Assembly (NCBI GenBank): GCA_002269645.1
Contig: NIVC01000299.1
Location: 248,001 to 312,000, forward strand
Length of the DNA: 64,000 bases
Source: Macrostomum lignano
Lineage: Eukaryota
Direction of reading: 5' to 3'
Shown: positions 41,257 through 52,014 of the stretch, piece after piece
Numbering within the stretch: the stretch's first letter is position 1
Layout of the letters: each line of letters starts with the position of its first letter
The notes under the pieces: generated by a model
What the model was told of the DNA's origin: nothing
Database searches by the model: none
What the model saw: the letters and a program-made list of their open reading frames with translations, nothing else
Translations under genes and position numbers: made by a program

Positions 41257-41429
41257 TTATAATAATCTCCTTTGCCTGCCGATTTGCGCTGGTCGGAGCT
41301 CAGATCGGATTGGCAGGTAGGACACTCGGCAGAATTTGCAGCACCAATTGTAAACAATGTCGTCGCTCCTTGTGAGACACCTCAGCTGGCTTAGCGACCT
41401 CTGGCGCTTGCTGGCCAGCGGCTGGGTAG
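41257..41429 (-). pseudogene. Insulin-like peptide copy 2, A-chain exon (damaged)
   Basis: ttttccag|ct, phase 1. TQPLASKRQRSLSQLRCLTRSDDIVYNWCCKFCRVSYLPIRSELR...: homologous to ILP1 exon 3, but the first CCC Cys is W and QQFCAL is deleted with a frameshift (ancestral stop at 41300-41302). Confidence 0.75.
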
Positions 41430-41539
41430 CTGGAAAATATTAGACTGATGAATTTAAATATGTCAATGACTACCAGAGGTTGATGGGCGAGGATTTTAGG
41501 TAAAAGAAGCCCCAAGCTCCCTTCCAGTTCAGATGGGCT

Positions 41540-43045
41540 GCAGGGTCCATGGTTCAGTTGGCTCCAAGCTCCCTTCCAATCCAGATAGGCTGCAGGGTCC
41601 ATGGTTCAGTTGGCTCCAAGCTCCCTTCCAATCCAGATAGGCTGCAGGATCCATGGTTCAGTTGGCTCCAAGCTCCCTTCCAGTCCAGATAGGCTGCAGG
41701 GTCCATGGTTCAGTTGGCTCCAAGCTCCCTTCCAATCCAGATAGGCTGCAGGGTCCATGGTTCAGTTGGCTCCAAGCTCCCTTCCAATCCAGATAGGCTG
41801 CAGGGTCCATGGTTCAGTTGGCTCCAAGCTCCCTTCCAGTCCAGATAGGCTGCAGGGTCCATGGTTCAGTAAGCTCGAAGCTCCCTTCCAGTCCAGGTGG
41901 GCTTCAGGGTCCATGGTTCAGTTGGCTCCAAGCTCCCTTCCAGTCCAGGTGGGCTGCAGGTCCATGGTACAGTTGGCTCCAAGCTTCCTTCCAGTCCAGG
42001 TGGGCTTCAGGGTCCATGGTTCAGTAAGCTCCAAGCTCCCTTCCAGTCCAGGTGGGCTGCAGGGTCCATGGTTCAGTAAGCTCCAAGCTCCCTTCCAGTC
42101 CAGGTGGGCTGCAGGTCCATGGTTCAGTTGGCTCCAAGCTTCCTTCCAGTCCAGGTGGGCTGCAGGGTCCATGGTTCAGTAAGCTCCAAGCTCCCTTCCA
42201 GTCCAGGTGAACTGCAGGTCCATGGTTCAGTTGGCTCGAAGCTCCCTTCCAGTCCAGGTGGGCTGCAGGGTCCATGGTTCAGTAAGCTCCAAGCTCCCTT
42301 CCAGTCCAGGTGGGCTGCAGGGTCCATGGTTCAGTTGGCTCGAAGCTCCCTTCCAGTCCAGGTGGGCTGCAGGGTCCATGGTTCAGTAAGCTCCAAGCTC
42401 CCTTCCAGTCCAGGTGGGCTGCAGGTCCATGGTTCAGTTGGCTCCAAGCTTCCTTCCAGTCCAGGTGGGCTGCAGGGTCCTTGGTTCAGTAAGCTCCAAG
42501 CTCCCTTCCAGTCCAGGTGGGCTGCAGGGTCCATGGTTCAGTTGGCTCGAAGCTCCCTTCCAGTCCAGGTGGGCTGCAGGGTCCATGGTTCAGTAAGCTC
42601 CAAGCTCCCTTCCAGTCCAGGTGGGCTGCAGGGTCCATGGTTCAGTAAGCTCGAAGCTCCCTTCCAGTCCAGGTGGGCTGCAGGGTCCATGGTTCAGTAA
42701 GCTCCAAGCTCCCTTCCAGTCCAGGTGGGCTGCAGGGTCCATGGTTCAGTTGGCTCCAAGCTCCCTTCCAGTCCAGGTGGGCTGCAGGGTCCATGGTTCA
42801 GTTGGCTCCAAGCTCCCTTCCAGTCCAGGTGAACTGCAGGTCCATGGTTCAGTAAGCTCCAAGCTCCCTTCCAGTCCAGATAGGCTGCAGGGTCCATGGT
42901 TCAGTAGCCTCCAAGCTCTCTACCAGTCCAGATAGTCTGCGGAGTCTATGATTTAGTAAACTCGAAGCTCCCTTCCAGTCCAGGAGGGCTGCAGGGTCCA
43001 TGGTTCAGTAGCTCTTAACTGATCCCTTCCAGTCCAGGTCGGCTG
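41540..43045. repeat. 51/52-bp minisatellite (ggttcagttggctccaagctcccttccagtccaggtgggctgcagggtccat) filling the ILP2 intron
   Basis: About 29 copies. Confidence 0.97.
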
Positions 43046-43066
43046 CAGGGTCCATGGCTAACTCAC

Positions 43067-43199
43067 TCAGCCGCCGCAACGCCGTCCCTCGCTTGTCTTC
43101 GTACAGGCCGGCGGTGCTGTCGTAGACGCCGCCCCAGTCGGCGCAGGCGGCGGTCACCTCCTCGATCAGGCGGAGGCCGCACTCGGTCAGCCAGCGGGC
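43067..43199 (-). CDS. Insulin-like peptide copy 2, B-chain exon
   Basis: ctcgcag|ARWLTECGLRLIEEVTAACADWGGVYDSTAGLYEDKRGTALRRL a|gtgagt. C-x11-C B-chain motif and the same 0/1 phases as ILP1 exon 2. Confidence 0.8.
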
Positions 43200-43208
43200 C
43201 TGCGAGTA

Positions 43209-43630
43209 TGTGTGACTCAGCAGCCATAGCATGTGTGACTCAGCAGCCATAGCATGTGTGACTCAGCAGCCATAGCATGTGTGACTCAGCAGCCATAGCA
43301 TGTGTGACTCAGCAGCCATAGCATGTGTGACTCAGCAGCCATAGCATGTGTGACTCAGCAGCCATAGCATGTGTGACTCAGCAGCCATAGCATGTGTGAC
43401 TCAGCAGCCATAGCATGTGTGACTCAGCAGCCATAGCATGTGTGACTCAGCAGCCATAGCATGTGTGACTCAGCAGCCATAGCATGTGTGACTCAGCAGC
43501 CATAGCATGTGTGACTCAGCAGCCATAGCATGTGTGACTCAGCAGCCATAGCATGTGTGACTCAGCAGCCATAGCATGTGTGACTCAGCAGCCATAGCAT
43601 GTGTGACTCAGCAGCCATAGCATGTGACTC
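43209..43630. repeat. 23-bp minisatellite (catgtgtgactcagcagccatag) x18
   Basis: Direct observation. Each unit contains GTGACTCAGCA. Confidence 0.97.
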
Positions 43631-43867
43631 ACAGGATCGCTAGCCGATTGGCTGTCTCGACTGATTGGCTGGCCTCAGAACCCGCGCGAGTTTGCAATTT
43701 TACGCAATAAGCTCACAATGCCGCATCTTCCGAACTTCTGAAGTTTCTCAACTATAGTTTATGGCGAAACCCCATTTTTAGTATATGGATTTGCGAAATC
43801 TGTTTTAAAATCTTAAGTCTGTATTTAGAGCGTTGTAATCTATCTGAAGTAATATACTAGATTTGTG

Positions 43868-44417
43868 CAGCCCATTTGGGCTTACGCGCACCTCCATTAG
43901 CAACTGCTTTGGAGGAGTAAGATCAGTCACTATGACCCTATGCTAGGCTGATGAACGAATGCCATTGGCTTGTGATCGAAGCGCTCGACATAAATGAACA
44001 CCCAAATGACATTGTAAGGTTGTAAGATTGTTGAATATAAAAGAAAAGATGGTTAACAGCATCCATCGGCGCGTTGAAACCACTGCCGGCAGAGGTCGCC
44101 TACGAAAGGGTGGCAATCGCCAAGGCAAGTTGGTCGAGAGCCTCAGCCCCAGGTCGAACCCTTTGGTGACGGAGCAGAAAATGCAGCAAAGTTGAAGGAA
44201 CAGTTCTGATTGGTTATCAGATTTTGACTATCAGAAGAGCTCTGGAAAAGGCACTGAAAATTGTTGGTAGAGACGCTGACAGTTTGCCGAATGACTGACG
44301 AGGGTTTGGACCAAATTAAGTGCCGCTGTGCCAGCCTTGCTACCATAGACAAAAGCTCCACTGCACTGGCAAGCGTGTCTTGGATTGAATTAAATGCATG
44401 TAAGCCCAAATGGCCTG
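43868..44417. mobile_element. ~550-bp element with ~20-bp TIRs (cag.ccatttgggcttac) between ILP1 and ILP2
   Basis: cagcccatttgggcttac at 43868 versus gtaagcccaaatggcctg ending at 44417. The internal sequence is homologous to 27400-28480. Confidence 0.6.
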
Positions 44418-44696
44418 AAAAGGCCATATTTAATTTTACAGATTTTTCCCAACGAGCTTGTGAAACATCCTTCGACGAAACGCTACGCGCAGATGCAGTG
44501 GGAAACACAGAGCTAAAATGTCCGTACGCCAAAAGAGCCATGATTTTGAGAGTTATTTGGGAAACTTTTTGGTCGCAGAACTCTCTGCGTTCGATTTTAA
44601 TGAATTTTTATTCATGTTAATATCGTATTGGTGGCAAGTTTGTCAAATTCATTCGAGCTTTGTCACTCCGGATCAGAGAGGCAGCTCAACTCGGAC

Positions 44697-45336
44697 TCAG
44701 ACGGGCTCAGGCAGGGCGCAGAACTGCTGCAGGTAGGAGACGCGGCACCAGCGGCAGCAGCACTGGTTCACCACGTCATTGCTCTTGTTGAGCCGGCAGC
44801 CAAGGTCGAAGATGCTCGGCACGCTGCTCCTCTTGCTGGCGGCGACGCCTGCGGGCAGCGAGACGGGGCGAGTTTGCAACGGGTTTGCTGCTGGGGATTC
44901 CCTATTGGGAAGAGAGAGGAGAAAATGCACTGGGCAAGTTTGAAACGGGTTTGCTGCTGGGGATTCCCTATTGGGAAGAGAGAGGAGAAAATGCACTGGG
45001 CAAGTTTGCAGCAAGACACGCACGGTCCAGCAGTGCCGCGGTGGCCAGTCTCTGCCGGCGCCGGCTCACGAGCTGCCCGTAGATGCCGCTGGTGCTGTCG
45101 TAGACCCCGCCGCGGTCAGCGCAGGCGTTCCGGAGCTCCTGCACCAGACGCTCGCCGCACTCGTTGATTGACTCATTCTGCGAATCAGGTTGCGAGGCCG
45201 GTTGGCGAGTGGCTGCACGGAGGCGAGTCCTGGCATGGGAGATTCAGGAGAGAGAGGGACTTACCGGATCCTTGTAGGCCGCGCAGGAGGCGGTGAGGCA
45301 GGCAAAAGCCAGGGCGGTCAGCGCGAAGGCGTTCAT
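44697..45336 (-). CDS. Insulin-like peptide precursor (ILP1), 3 exons, 125 aa, 8 Cys in the mature chains
   Basis: complement(join(44697-44848, 45024-45177, 45265-45336)): MNAFALTALAFACLTASCAAYKDP|NESINECGERLVQELRNACADRGGVYDSTSGIYGQLVSRRRQRLATAALLD|RVAASKRSSVPSIFDLGCRLNKSNDVVNQCCCRWCRVSYLQQFCALPEPV*. B chain C-x11-C, A chain CC-x3-C-x8-C, basic cleavage sites, GT-AG introns in phases 0 and 1. Confidence 0.9.
44875..45005. repeat. 63-bp tandem duplication in ILP1 intron 2
   Basis: gggtttgctgctggggattccctattgggaagagagaggagaaaatgcactgggcaagtt x2. Confidence 0.9.
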
Positions 45337-45421
45337 GTTGGTTTTGTCTCAGGCAACTGCGCGGTTGCTCTCACGGGGCCGGTGTCTCTGGATGCTGTCC
45401 GGGACAGCTCAAGCCATCCCG

Positions 45422-45430
45422 CTATTTATG
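45422..45430 (-). promoter_or_regulatory. TATA-like box (CATAAATAG) upstream of ILP1
   Basis: About 90 nt upstream of the ILP1 ATG on the minus strand. Confidence 0.35.
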
Positions 45431-46089
45431 CTTTCGGGGCTGCGGCCTCATTGGCCCCCGCCCCAGCTTCCGGCGCCGCTTTGGCGCTCGACTTTCAAAA
45501 GAGTCCCCCACGAAAAAGAGGAGATTTTGCCGCGTTTTTGCCGACTCAGTGGCTGCCGGATTTGCTCAATCAATTATTTCGCTCTGCTAGTGCAGTAATT
45601 GAATGTAAACAGCAAATTCTGTTTAAATACAGTGCATGTATGAAGCCTCGGGACTAAAAATAGTCAGTGAGTTTGGCCGCGGTGCCTCCATGTGGATCAG
45701 CTCTATGCAGATGCAGACGCTAATCCTCACCCTATGTGTCAGTCTCCCGCTGACTCAATCTTAATCTCAAAAACCTCAAAAACAGGGGAGTGGCATGCCT
45801 TATAGGGGAGAAGAACTGGCTTTAAATCCCCTTAATGCATAGATTAGAGACTACGCAAATCCCAATGACATTCAAGCGGCACCCGGTAGGGTAACACTCA
45901 GTTCTCTGTAGAGTACTCAGAGCTGCCATATCAGAGTCTCAGAGGCCCTCAGATCACGCCGCAAAGAACACCCCCCGCATAAAAAACAAAAGAAGGAAGC
46001 CATCAAGACGCGCCGGTGTCCATCAATAAACAGTGATGCTTACCAAGACACAATGGCGCCCACGATGAGACAGAGGCGGCACTTTCTAG

Positions 46090-46735
46090 GAAACAGGGAC
46101 AGGGGCGCCATCCCAGAGACAGTGGCGCCACCCCAGAAACAGGGGCGCCACCCCAGAGACAGAGGCGGCACCCAAGAGAAAGGGGCGCCACCCAAGAGAC
46201 AGGGGCGCCACCCCAGAAACAGGGGCGCTACCCCAGAGACAGAGGCGGCACCCCAGAGACAGAGGCGGCACCCAAGAGAAAGGGGCGCCACCCAAGAGAC
46301 AGGGGCGCCACCCCAGAAACAGGGGCGCTACCCCAGAGACAGAGGCGGCACCCCAGAGACATGGGCGGCACCCCAGAGACAGGGGCGGCACCCAAGAGAC
46401 AGAGGCGCCACCCCAGAGACAGGGGCGCCACCCCAGAAACAGGGGCGCTACCCCAGAGACAGAGGCGGCACCCAAGAGACAGGGGCGCCACCCAAGAGAC
46501 AGGAGCGCCACCCAAGAGACAGAGGCGCCACCCAAGAGACAGGGGCGCCACCCAAGAGACAGGGGCGGCACCCCAGAGACAGGGCGCCACAGAGACAGGG
46601 GCGCCACCAGAGACAGGGCGCCACCCAAGAACAGGCGCCACCCAAGAGACAGGGGCGCCACCCAAGAGACAGGGGCGCCACCCAAGAGACAGGGGCGGCA
46701 CCCAAGAGACAGGGGCTCTACCCCAGAGACAGAGG
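46090..46735. repeat. 20-bp GC-rich minisatellite (cacccaagagacaggggcgc)
   Basis: Direct observation. Confidence 0.95.
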
Positions 46736-47364
46736 CGCCAGCCAATTGACAGGAGCGCAATAAACAGGGAAGCGCCAGACAGAAGTGCCCTCGCCAAAAA
46801 GACAGAGGCCTCCACCCAAGAGGCAGGGGCGCCACCAAGCCTCAACATCTGTAGAGTAAATGCCTAAGCGCGATAAATTTAATGAATGAAAAAGCATTCA
46901 TTGTTTTTAATTTTTGCTTTATTGAAAGTAAAATGCGGCGGGGGTTTTCCGCTGCCAACCAGCCGGCCGCCCCTGCAGAAGTTATCCTGCAGGACTTCAA
47001 CTGTCACACCGGGCCAATTCTGTTTGCCAAACCGCCCACGCATTCATCTGCCCGACTGTGCCCGCCTAGCAACAGAAAGAGCTCGGGGATCTCAGGTATC
47101 AAAGACTGCAGAAGTAGGCCTGCTTTTTTCGCGCCAATTTTCAAGCTGTGAATCTGCAAAACTTACTGGCGCTTTTTTGCGCCGCTTTCGCTTTGAGTCT
47201 CGCCTGACGGAACCCGACGCTTCCTGGCTATAAAGCGATTCTTTGTTGCAAAAAAGCGAAAATGAAAGTCGCTTCATGCCCGTGAAAAGTCCTTTTGCCT
47301 TTTGCTGTTTGCCTCAATGTGTTCTAGTTAATGTCCAAGTATATCTCTGTGTCTGTCTCGGAGC

Positions 47365-49810
47365 ATGTTTCAGTGTCTGTCTCAGTGTCTGTTTCAGTGT
47401 CTGTCTCAGTGTCTGTCTCAGTGTCTGTCTCAGTGCCTGTCTCAGTGTCTGTCTCAGTGCCTGTCTTAGTATCAGTCTCAGTGTCTGTCTCAGTATCAGT
47501 CTCAGTGTGTGTCTCAGTATCAGTCTCAGTGTGTGTCTCAGTATCAGTCTCAGTGTGTGTCTCAGTATCAGTCTCAGTGTCTGTCTCAGTGTCTGTCTCA
47601 GTGTCTGTCTCAGTGTCTGTCTCAGTGTCTGCCTCAGTGTCTGCCTCAGTGTCTGTCTCAGTGCCTGTCTCAGTGTCTGCCTCAGTGTCTGTCTCAGTGT
47701 CTGTCTCAGTGCCTGTCTCAGTGTCTGTCTCAGTGTCTGTCTCAGTGCCTGTCTCAGTGTCTGCCTCAGTGTCTGTCTCAGTGTCTGTCTCAGTGCCTGT
47801 CTCAGTGTCTGCCTCAGTGTCTGTCTCAGAATCAGTCTCAGTGTCTGCCTCAGTATCTGTCTCAGTGTCTGTCTCAGTATCAGTCTCAGTGTCTGTCTCA
47901 GTGTCTGTCTCAGTGTCTGTCTCAGTGTCTGTCTCAGTATCAGTCTCAGTGTGTGTCTCAGTGTCTGTCTCAGTGTCTGTCTCAGTGCCTGTCTCAGTGT
48001 CTGCCTCAGTGTCTGTCTCAGTGTCTGTCTCAGTGCCTGTCTCAGTGTCTGCCTCAGTGTCTGTCTCAGAATCAGTCTCAGTGTCTGCCTCAGTATCTGT
48101 CTCAGTGTCTGTCTCAGTGTCTGTCTCAGTGCCTGTCTTAGTATCAGTCTCAGTGTCTGTCTCAGTATCAGTCTCAGTGTGTGTCTCAGTATCAGTCTCA
48201 GTGTGTGTCTCAGTATCAGTCTCAGTGTGTGTCTCAGTATCAGTCTCAGTGTCTGTCTCAGTGTCTGTCTCAGTGTCTGTCTCAGTGTCTGTCTCAGTGT
48301 CTGCCTCAGTGTCTGCCTCAGTGTCTGTCTCAGTGCCTGTCTCAGTGTCTGCCTCAGTGTCTGTCTCAGTGTCTGTCTCAGTGCCTGTCTCAGTGTCTGT
48401 CTCAGTGTCTGTCTCAGTGCCTGTCTCAGTGTCTGCCTCAGTGTCTGTCTCAGTGTCTGTCTCAGTGCCTGTCTCAGTGTCTGCCTCAGTGTCTGTCTCA
48501 GAATCAGTCTCAGTGTCTGCCTCAGTATCTGTCTCAGTGTCTGTCTCAGTATCAGTCTCAGTGTCTGTCTCAGTGTCTGTCTCAGTGTCTGTCTCAGTGT
48601 CTGTCTCAGTATCAGTCTCAGTGTGTGTCTCAGTGTCTGTCTCAGTGTCTGTCTCAGTGCCTGTCTCAGTGTCTGCCTCAGTGTCTGTCTCAGTGTCTGT
48701 CTCAGTGCCTGTCTCAGTGTCTGCCTCAGTGTCTGTCTCAGAATCAGTCTCAGTGTCTGCCTCAGTATCTGTCTCAGTGTCTGTCTCAGTGTCTGTCTCA
48801 GTGCCTGTCTTAGTATCAGTCTCAGTGTCTGTCTCAGTATCAGTCTCAGTGTGTGTCTCAGTATCAGTCTCAGTGTGTGTCTCAGTATCAGTCTCAGTGT
48901 GTGTCTCAGTATCAGTCTCAGTGTCTGTCTCAGTGTCTGTCTCAGTGTCTGTCTCAGTGTCTGTCTCAGTGTCTGCCTCAGTGTCTGCCTCAGTGTCTGT
49001 CTCAGTGCCTGTCTCAGTGTCTGCCTCAGTGTCTGTCTCAGTGTCTGTCTCAGTGCCTGTCTCAGTGTCTGTCTCAGTGTCTGTCTCAGTGCCTGTCTCA
49101 GTGTCTGCCTCAGTGTCTGTCTCAGTGTCTGTCTCAGTGCCTGTCTCAGTGTCTGCCTCAGTGTCTGTCTCAGAATCAGTCTCAGTGTCTGCCTCAGTAT
49201 CTGTCTCAGTGTCTGTCTCAGTATCAGTCTCAGTGTCTGTCTCAGTGTCTGTCTCAGTGTCTGTCTCAGTGTCTGTCTCAGTATCAGTCTCAGTGTGTGT
49301 CTCAGTGTCTGTCTCAGTGTCTGTCTCAGTGCCTGTCTCAGTGTCTGCCTCAGTGTCTGTCTCAGTGTCTGTCTCAGTGCCTGTCTCAGTGTCTGCCTCA
49401 GTGTCTGTCTCAGAATCAGTCTCAGTGTCTGCCTCAGTATCTGTCTCAGTGTCTGTCTCAGTATCAGTCTCAGTGTCTGTCTCAGTGTCTGTCTCAGTGT
49501 CTGTCTCAGTGTCTGTCTCAGTGTCTGTCTCAGTGTCTGTCTCAGTATCAGTCTCAGTGTGTGTCTCAGTGTCTGTCTCAGTGTGTCTCAGTGCCTGTCT
49601 TAGTATCTGTCTCAGTATCAGTCTCAGTGTCTGCCTCAGTGTCTGCCTCAGTGTCTGTCTCCGTGCCTGTCTCAGTGTCTGTCTCAGTGTCTGTCTCAGT
49701 GTGTCTCAGTGTCTGTCTCAGTGTCTGTCTCAGTGTCTGTCTCAGTGTCTGTCTCAGTGTCTGTCTCAGTGCCTGTCTCAGTGTCTGTCTCAGTGTCTGT
49801 CTCAGTGTCT
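47365..49810. repeat. 12-bp satellite (gtctgtctcagt variants) organised as a 672-bp higher-order repeat
   Basis: The variant pattern repeats exactly at 47509, 48181 and 48853. Confidence 0.95.
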
Positions 49811-49889
49811 TAGCGCCTGTCTGTCTTACCTGTCTTGGATTTGCTAGGGTCTTTCTTTGTGACTTTATGACTTGTCTCATCTCTCCAGG

Positions 49890-49997
49890 ATGACGGAGTG
49901 GCGCAAGAATCATAAACTTATTTTGGAGCACCAGAGTAAGGAGAAGGCGGCATCTCACATGTCTCCAAAGTCACTCAAGCTGAAAATCCGTCAGCAG
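49890..49997 (+). CDS. Putative orphan coding exon (MTEWRKNHKLILEHQSKEKAASHMSPKSLKLKIRQQ)
   Basis: Acceptor ctctccag|gATG, open frame, donor cag|gtgagc. No recognisable domain. Confidence 0.35.
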
Positions 49998-50271
49998 GTG
50001 AGCAACGCTGCTTTTGCCAGCAATTCTCGGTCCTGAGCAGTCACGCAAGGCTGTTGATCAGCGCTCAGATTGCGCTGCTGCGTCAGTGAAGCTGCAGCTG
50101 CTTCGACTCAATTTCTTTGATGCTTTTAAGAAACTTGAAGATTTTGCTCACGCGATTTCCTGTGCCATCGAATTCCAGGTTTGACCTGATAGCTGAAGCC
50201 TCGGGGATGTCAGCAACTCCGGTTCGAGCTGACAACAGCAGAGCTGTCTCACAGGATTCTAGGAAAGAGCA

Positions 50272-51352
50272 TTTGGGTCAGAGAGGATTGTGGGTCAGAC
50301 GATTGTGGGTCAGAGAAGATTGTGGATCAGAAAGTATTGTGGGTCAGAAAGTATTGTGGGTCAGAGAGGATTGTGGGTCAGACGATTGTGGGTCAGAGAA
50401 GATTGTGGATCAGAAAGTATTGTGGGTCAGAAAGTATTGTGGGTCAGAGAGGATTGTGGGTCAGACGATTGTGGGTCAGAGAAGATTGTGGATCAGAAAG
50501 TATTGTGGGTCAGAAAGTATTGTGGGTCAGAGAGTATTGTGGGTCAGAGAGGATTGTGGGTCAGAGAGGATTGTGGGTCAGAGAAGATTGTGGATCAGAA
50601 AGTATTGTGGGTCAGAAAGTATTGTGGGTCAGAGACTATTGTGGGTCAGAGAGGATTGTGGGTCAGAGAGGATTGTGGGTCAGAGAAGATTGTGGATCAG
50701 AAAGTATTGTGGGTCAGAAAGAATTGTGGGTCAGAGAGTATTGTGGGTCAGAGAGGATTGTAGGTCAGTGAGGTTTGTGGGTCAGAGAGGATTGTGGGTC
50801 AGAGAGGATTGTGGGTCAGAGAGGATTGTGGGTCAGAGAGGATTGTGGGTCAGAGAGGATTGTGGGTCAGAGAGGATTGTGGGTCAGAGAGGATTGTGGG
50901 TCAGAGAGGATTGTGGGTCAGAGAGGATTGTGGGTCAGAGAGGATTGTGGGTCAGAGAGGATTGTGGGTCAGAGAGGATTGTGGGTCAGAGAGGATTGTG
51001 GGTCAGAGAGGATTGTGGGTCAGAGAGGATTGTGGGTCAGAGAGGATTGTGGGTCAGAGAGGATTGTGGGTCAGAGAGGATTGTGGGTCAGAGAGGATTG
51101 TGGGTCAGAGAGGATTGTGGGTCAGAGAGGATTGTGGGTCAGAGAGGATTGTGGGTCAGAGATGATTGTGGGTCAGAGAGGATTGTGGGTCAGAGAGGAT
51201 TGTGGGTCAGAGAGGATTGTGGGTCAGAGAGGATTGTGGGTCAGAGAGGATTGTGGGTCAGAGAGGATTGTGGGTCAGAGAGGATTGTGGGTCAGAGAGG
51301 ATTGTGGGTCAGAGAGGATTGTGGGTCAGAGAGGATTGTGGGTCAGAGAGGA
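50272..51352. repeat. 17-bp minisatellite (gggtcagagaggattgt)
   Basis: Variant-rich 5' third, homogeneous 3' part. Confidence 0.97.
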
Positions 51353-51704
51353 TTTTTCGGGCAAATGACAGTGTGTCAGAAATTAATAAGATAAATCAAT
51401 GCCTGAAGGAATGTTTTCAGGAAAAAATTAAAAACTAAAATTGATTTGAATTAATATTAAATAAGCACAATGTAACTGAACTGAATTATCGCAGGAATAC
51501 ATTGAAAAAAGTTTATCAAAGCATCGACTGACGAATTGATTTTGCAAAATGTTCTGCTTAGGCAGTTGGTTTTGATTGGTAAAAGTTGGAAAATTAGATT
51601 TGGTTTGATAAGGAAGGGATTGATTAGGAACTCTAGCGATTAGGTGAACCGAAAAATACATTTTATCTAAAATCTAAAAGTTAGAAGATCCAGGAGATCA
51701 AAAT

Positions 51705-51845
51705 GATCCAGGAGATCTAGGAGATCTAGAAAATCTAGGAGATCAAAATGAACCAGGAGATCTAGGAGATCTAGGAGGTCTAGGAGATCTAGGAGATCTA
51801 GGAGATCTAGGAGATCTAGGAGATCTAGGAGATCTAGGAGATTTT
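51705..51845. repeat. 9-bp repeat (aggagatct)
   Basis: Direct observation. Confidence 0.85.
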
Positions 51846-52014
51846 GGAGATTTGGTGCTCTAGGAAAACTATGAAATCTATGATGTCTAGAAATTTAAGT
51901 TTCATAACGCACAGCCTCATCAAGCCGTCCGGCAGGACTCGAACCTGCCGCTTCCTGTCCACCTTTTGGCCCAGGATGAACAGGACTCCTGGTTCACGCC
52001 GGGGCTGTACACCG

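Noticed and set aside
47243-49893. 786-838 aa ORFs (SVCL / VSVS / QCLS repeats)
   Set aside because: Stop-free readings of a 12-bp satellite, open in several frames at once, with no splice or codon evidence.
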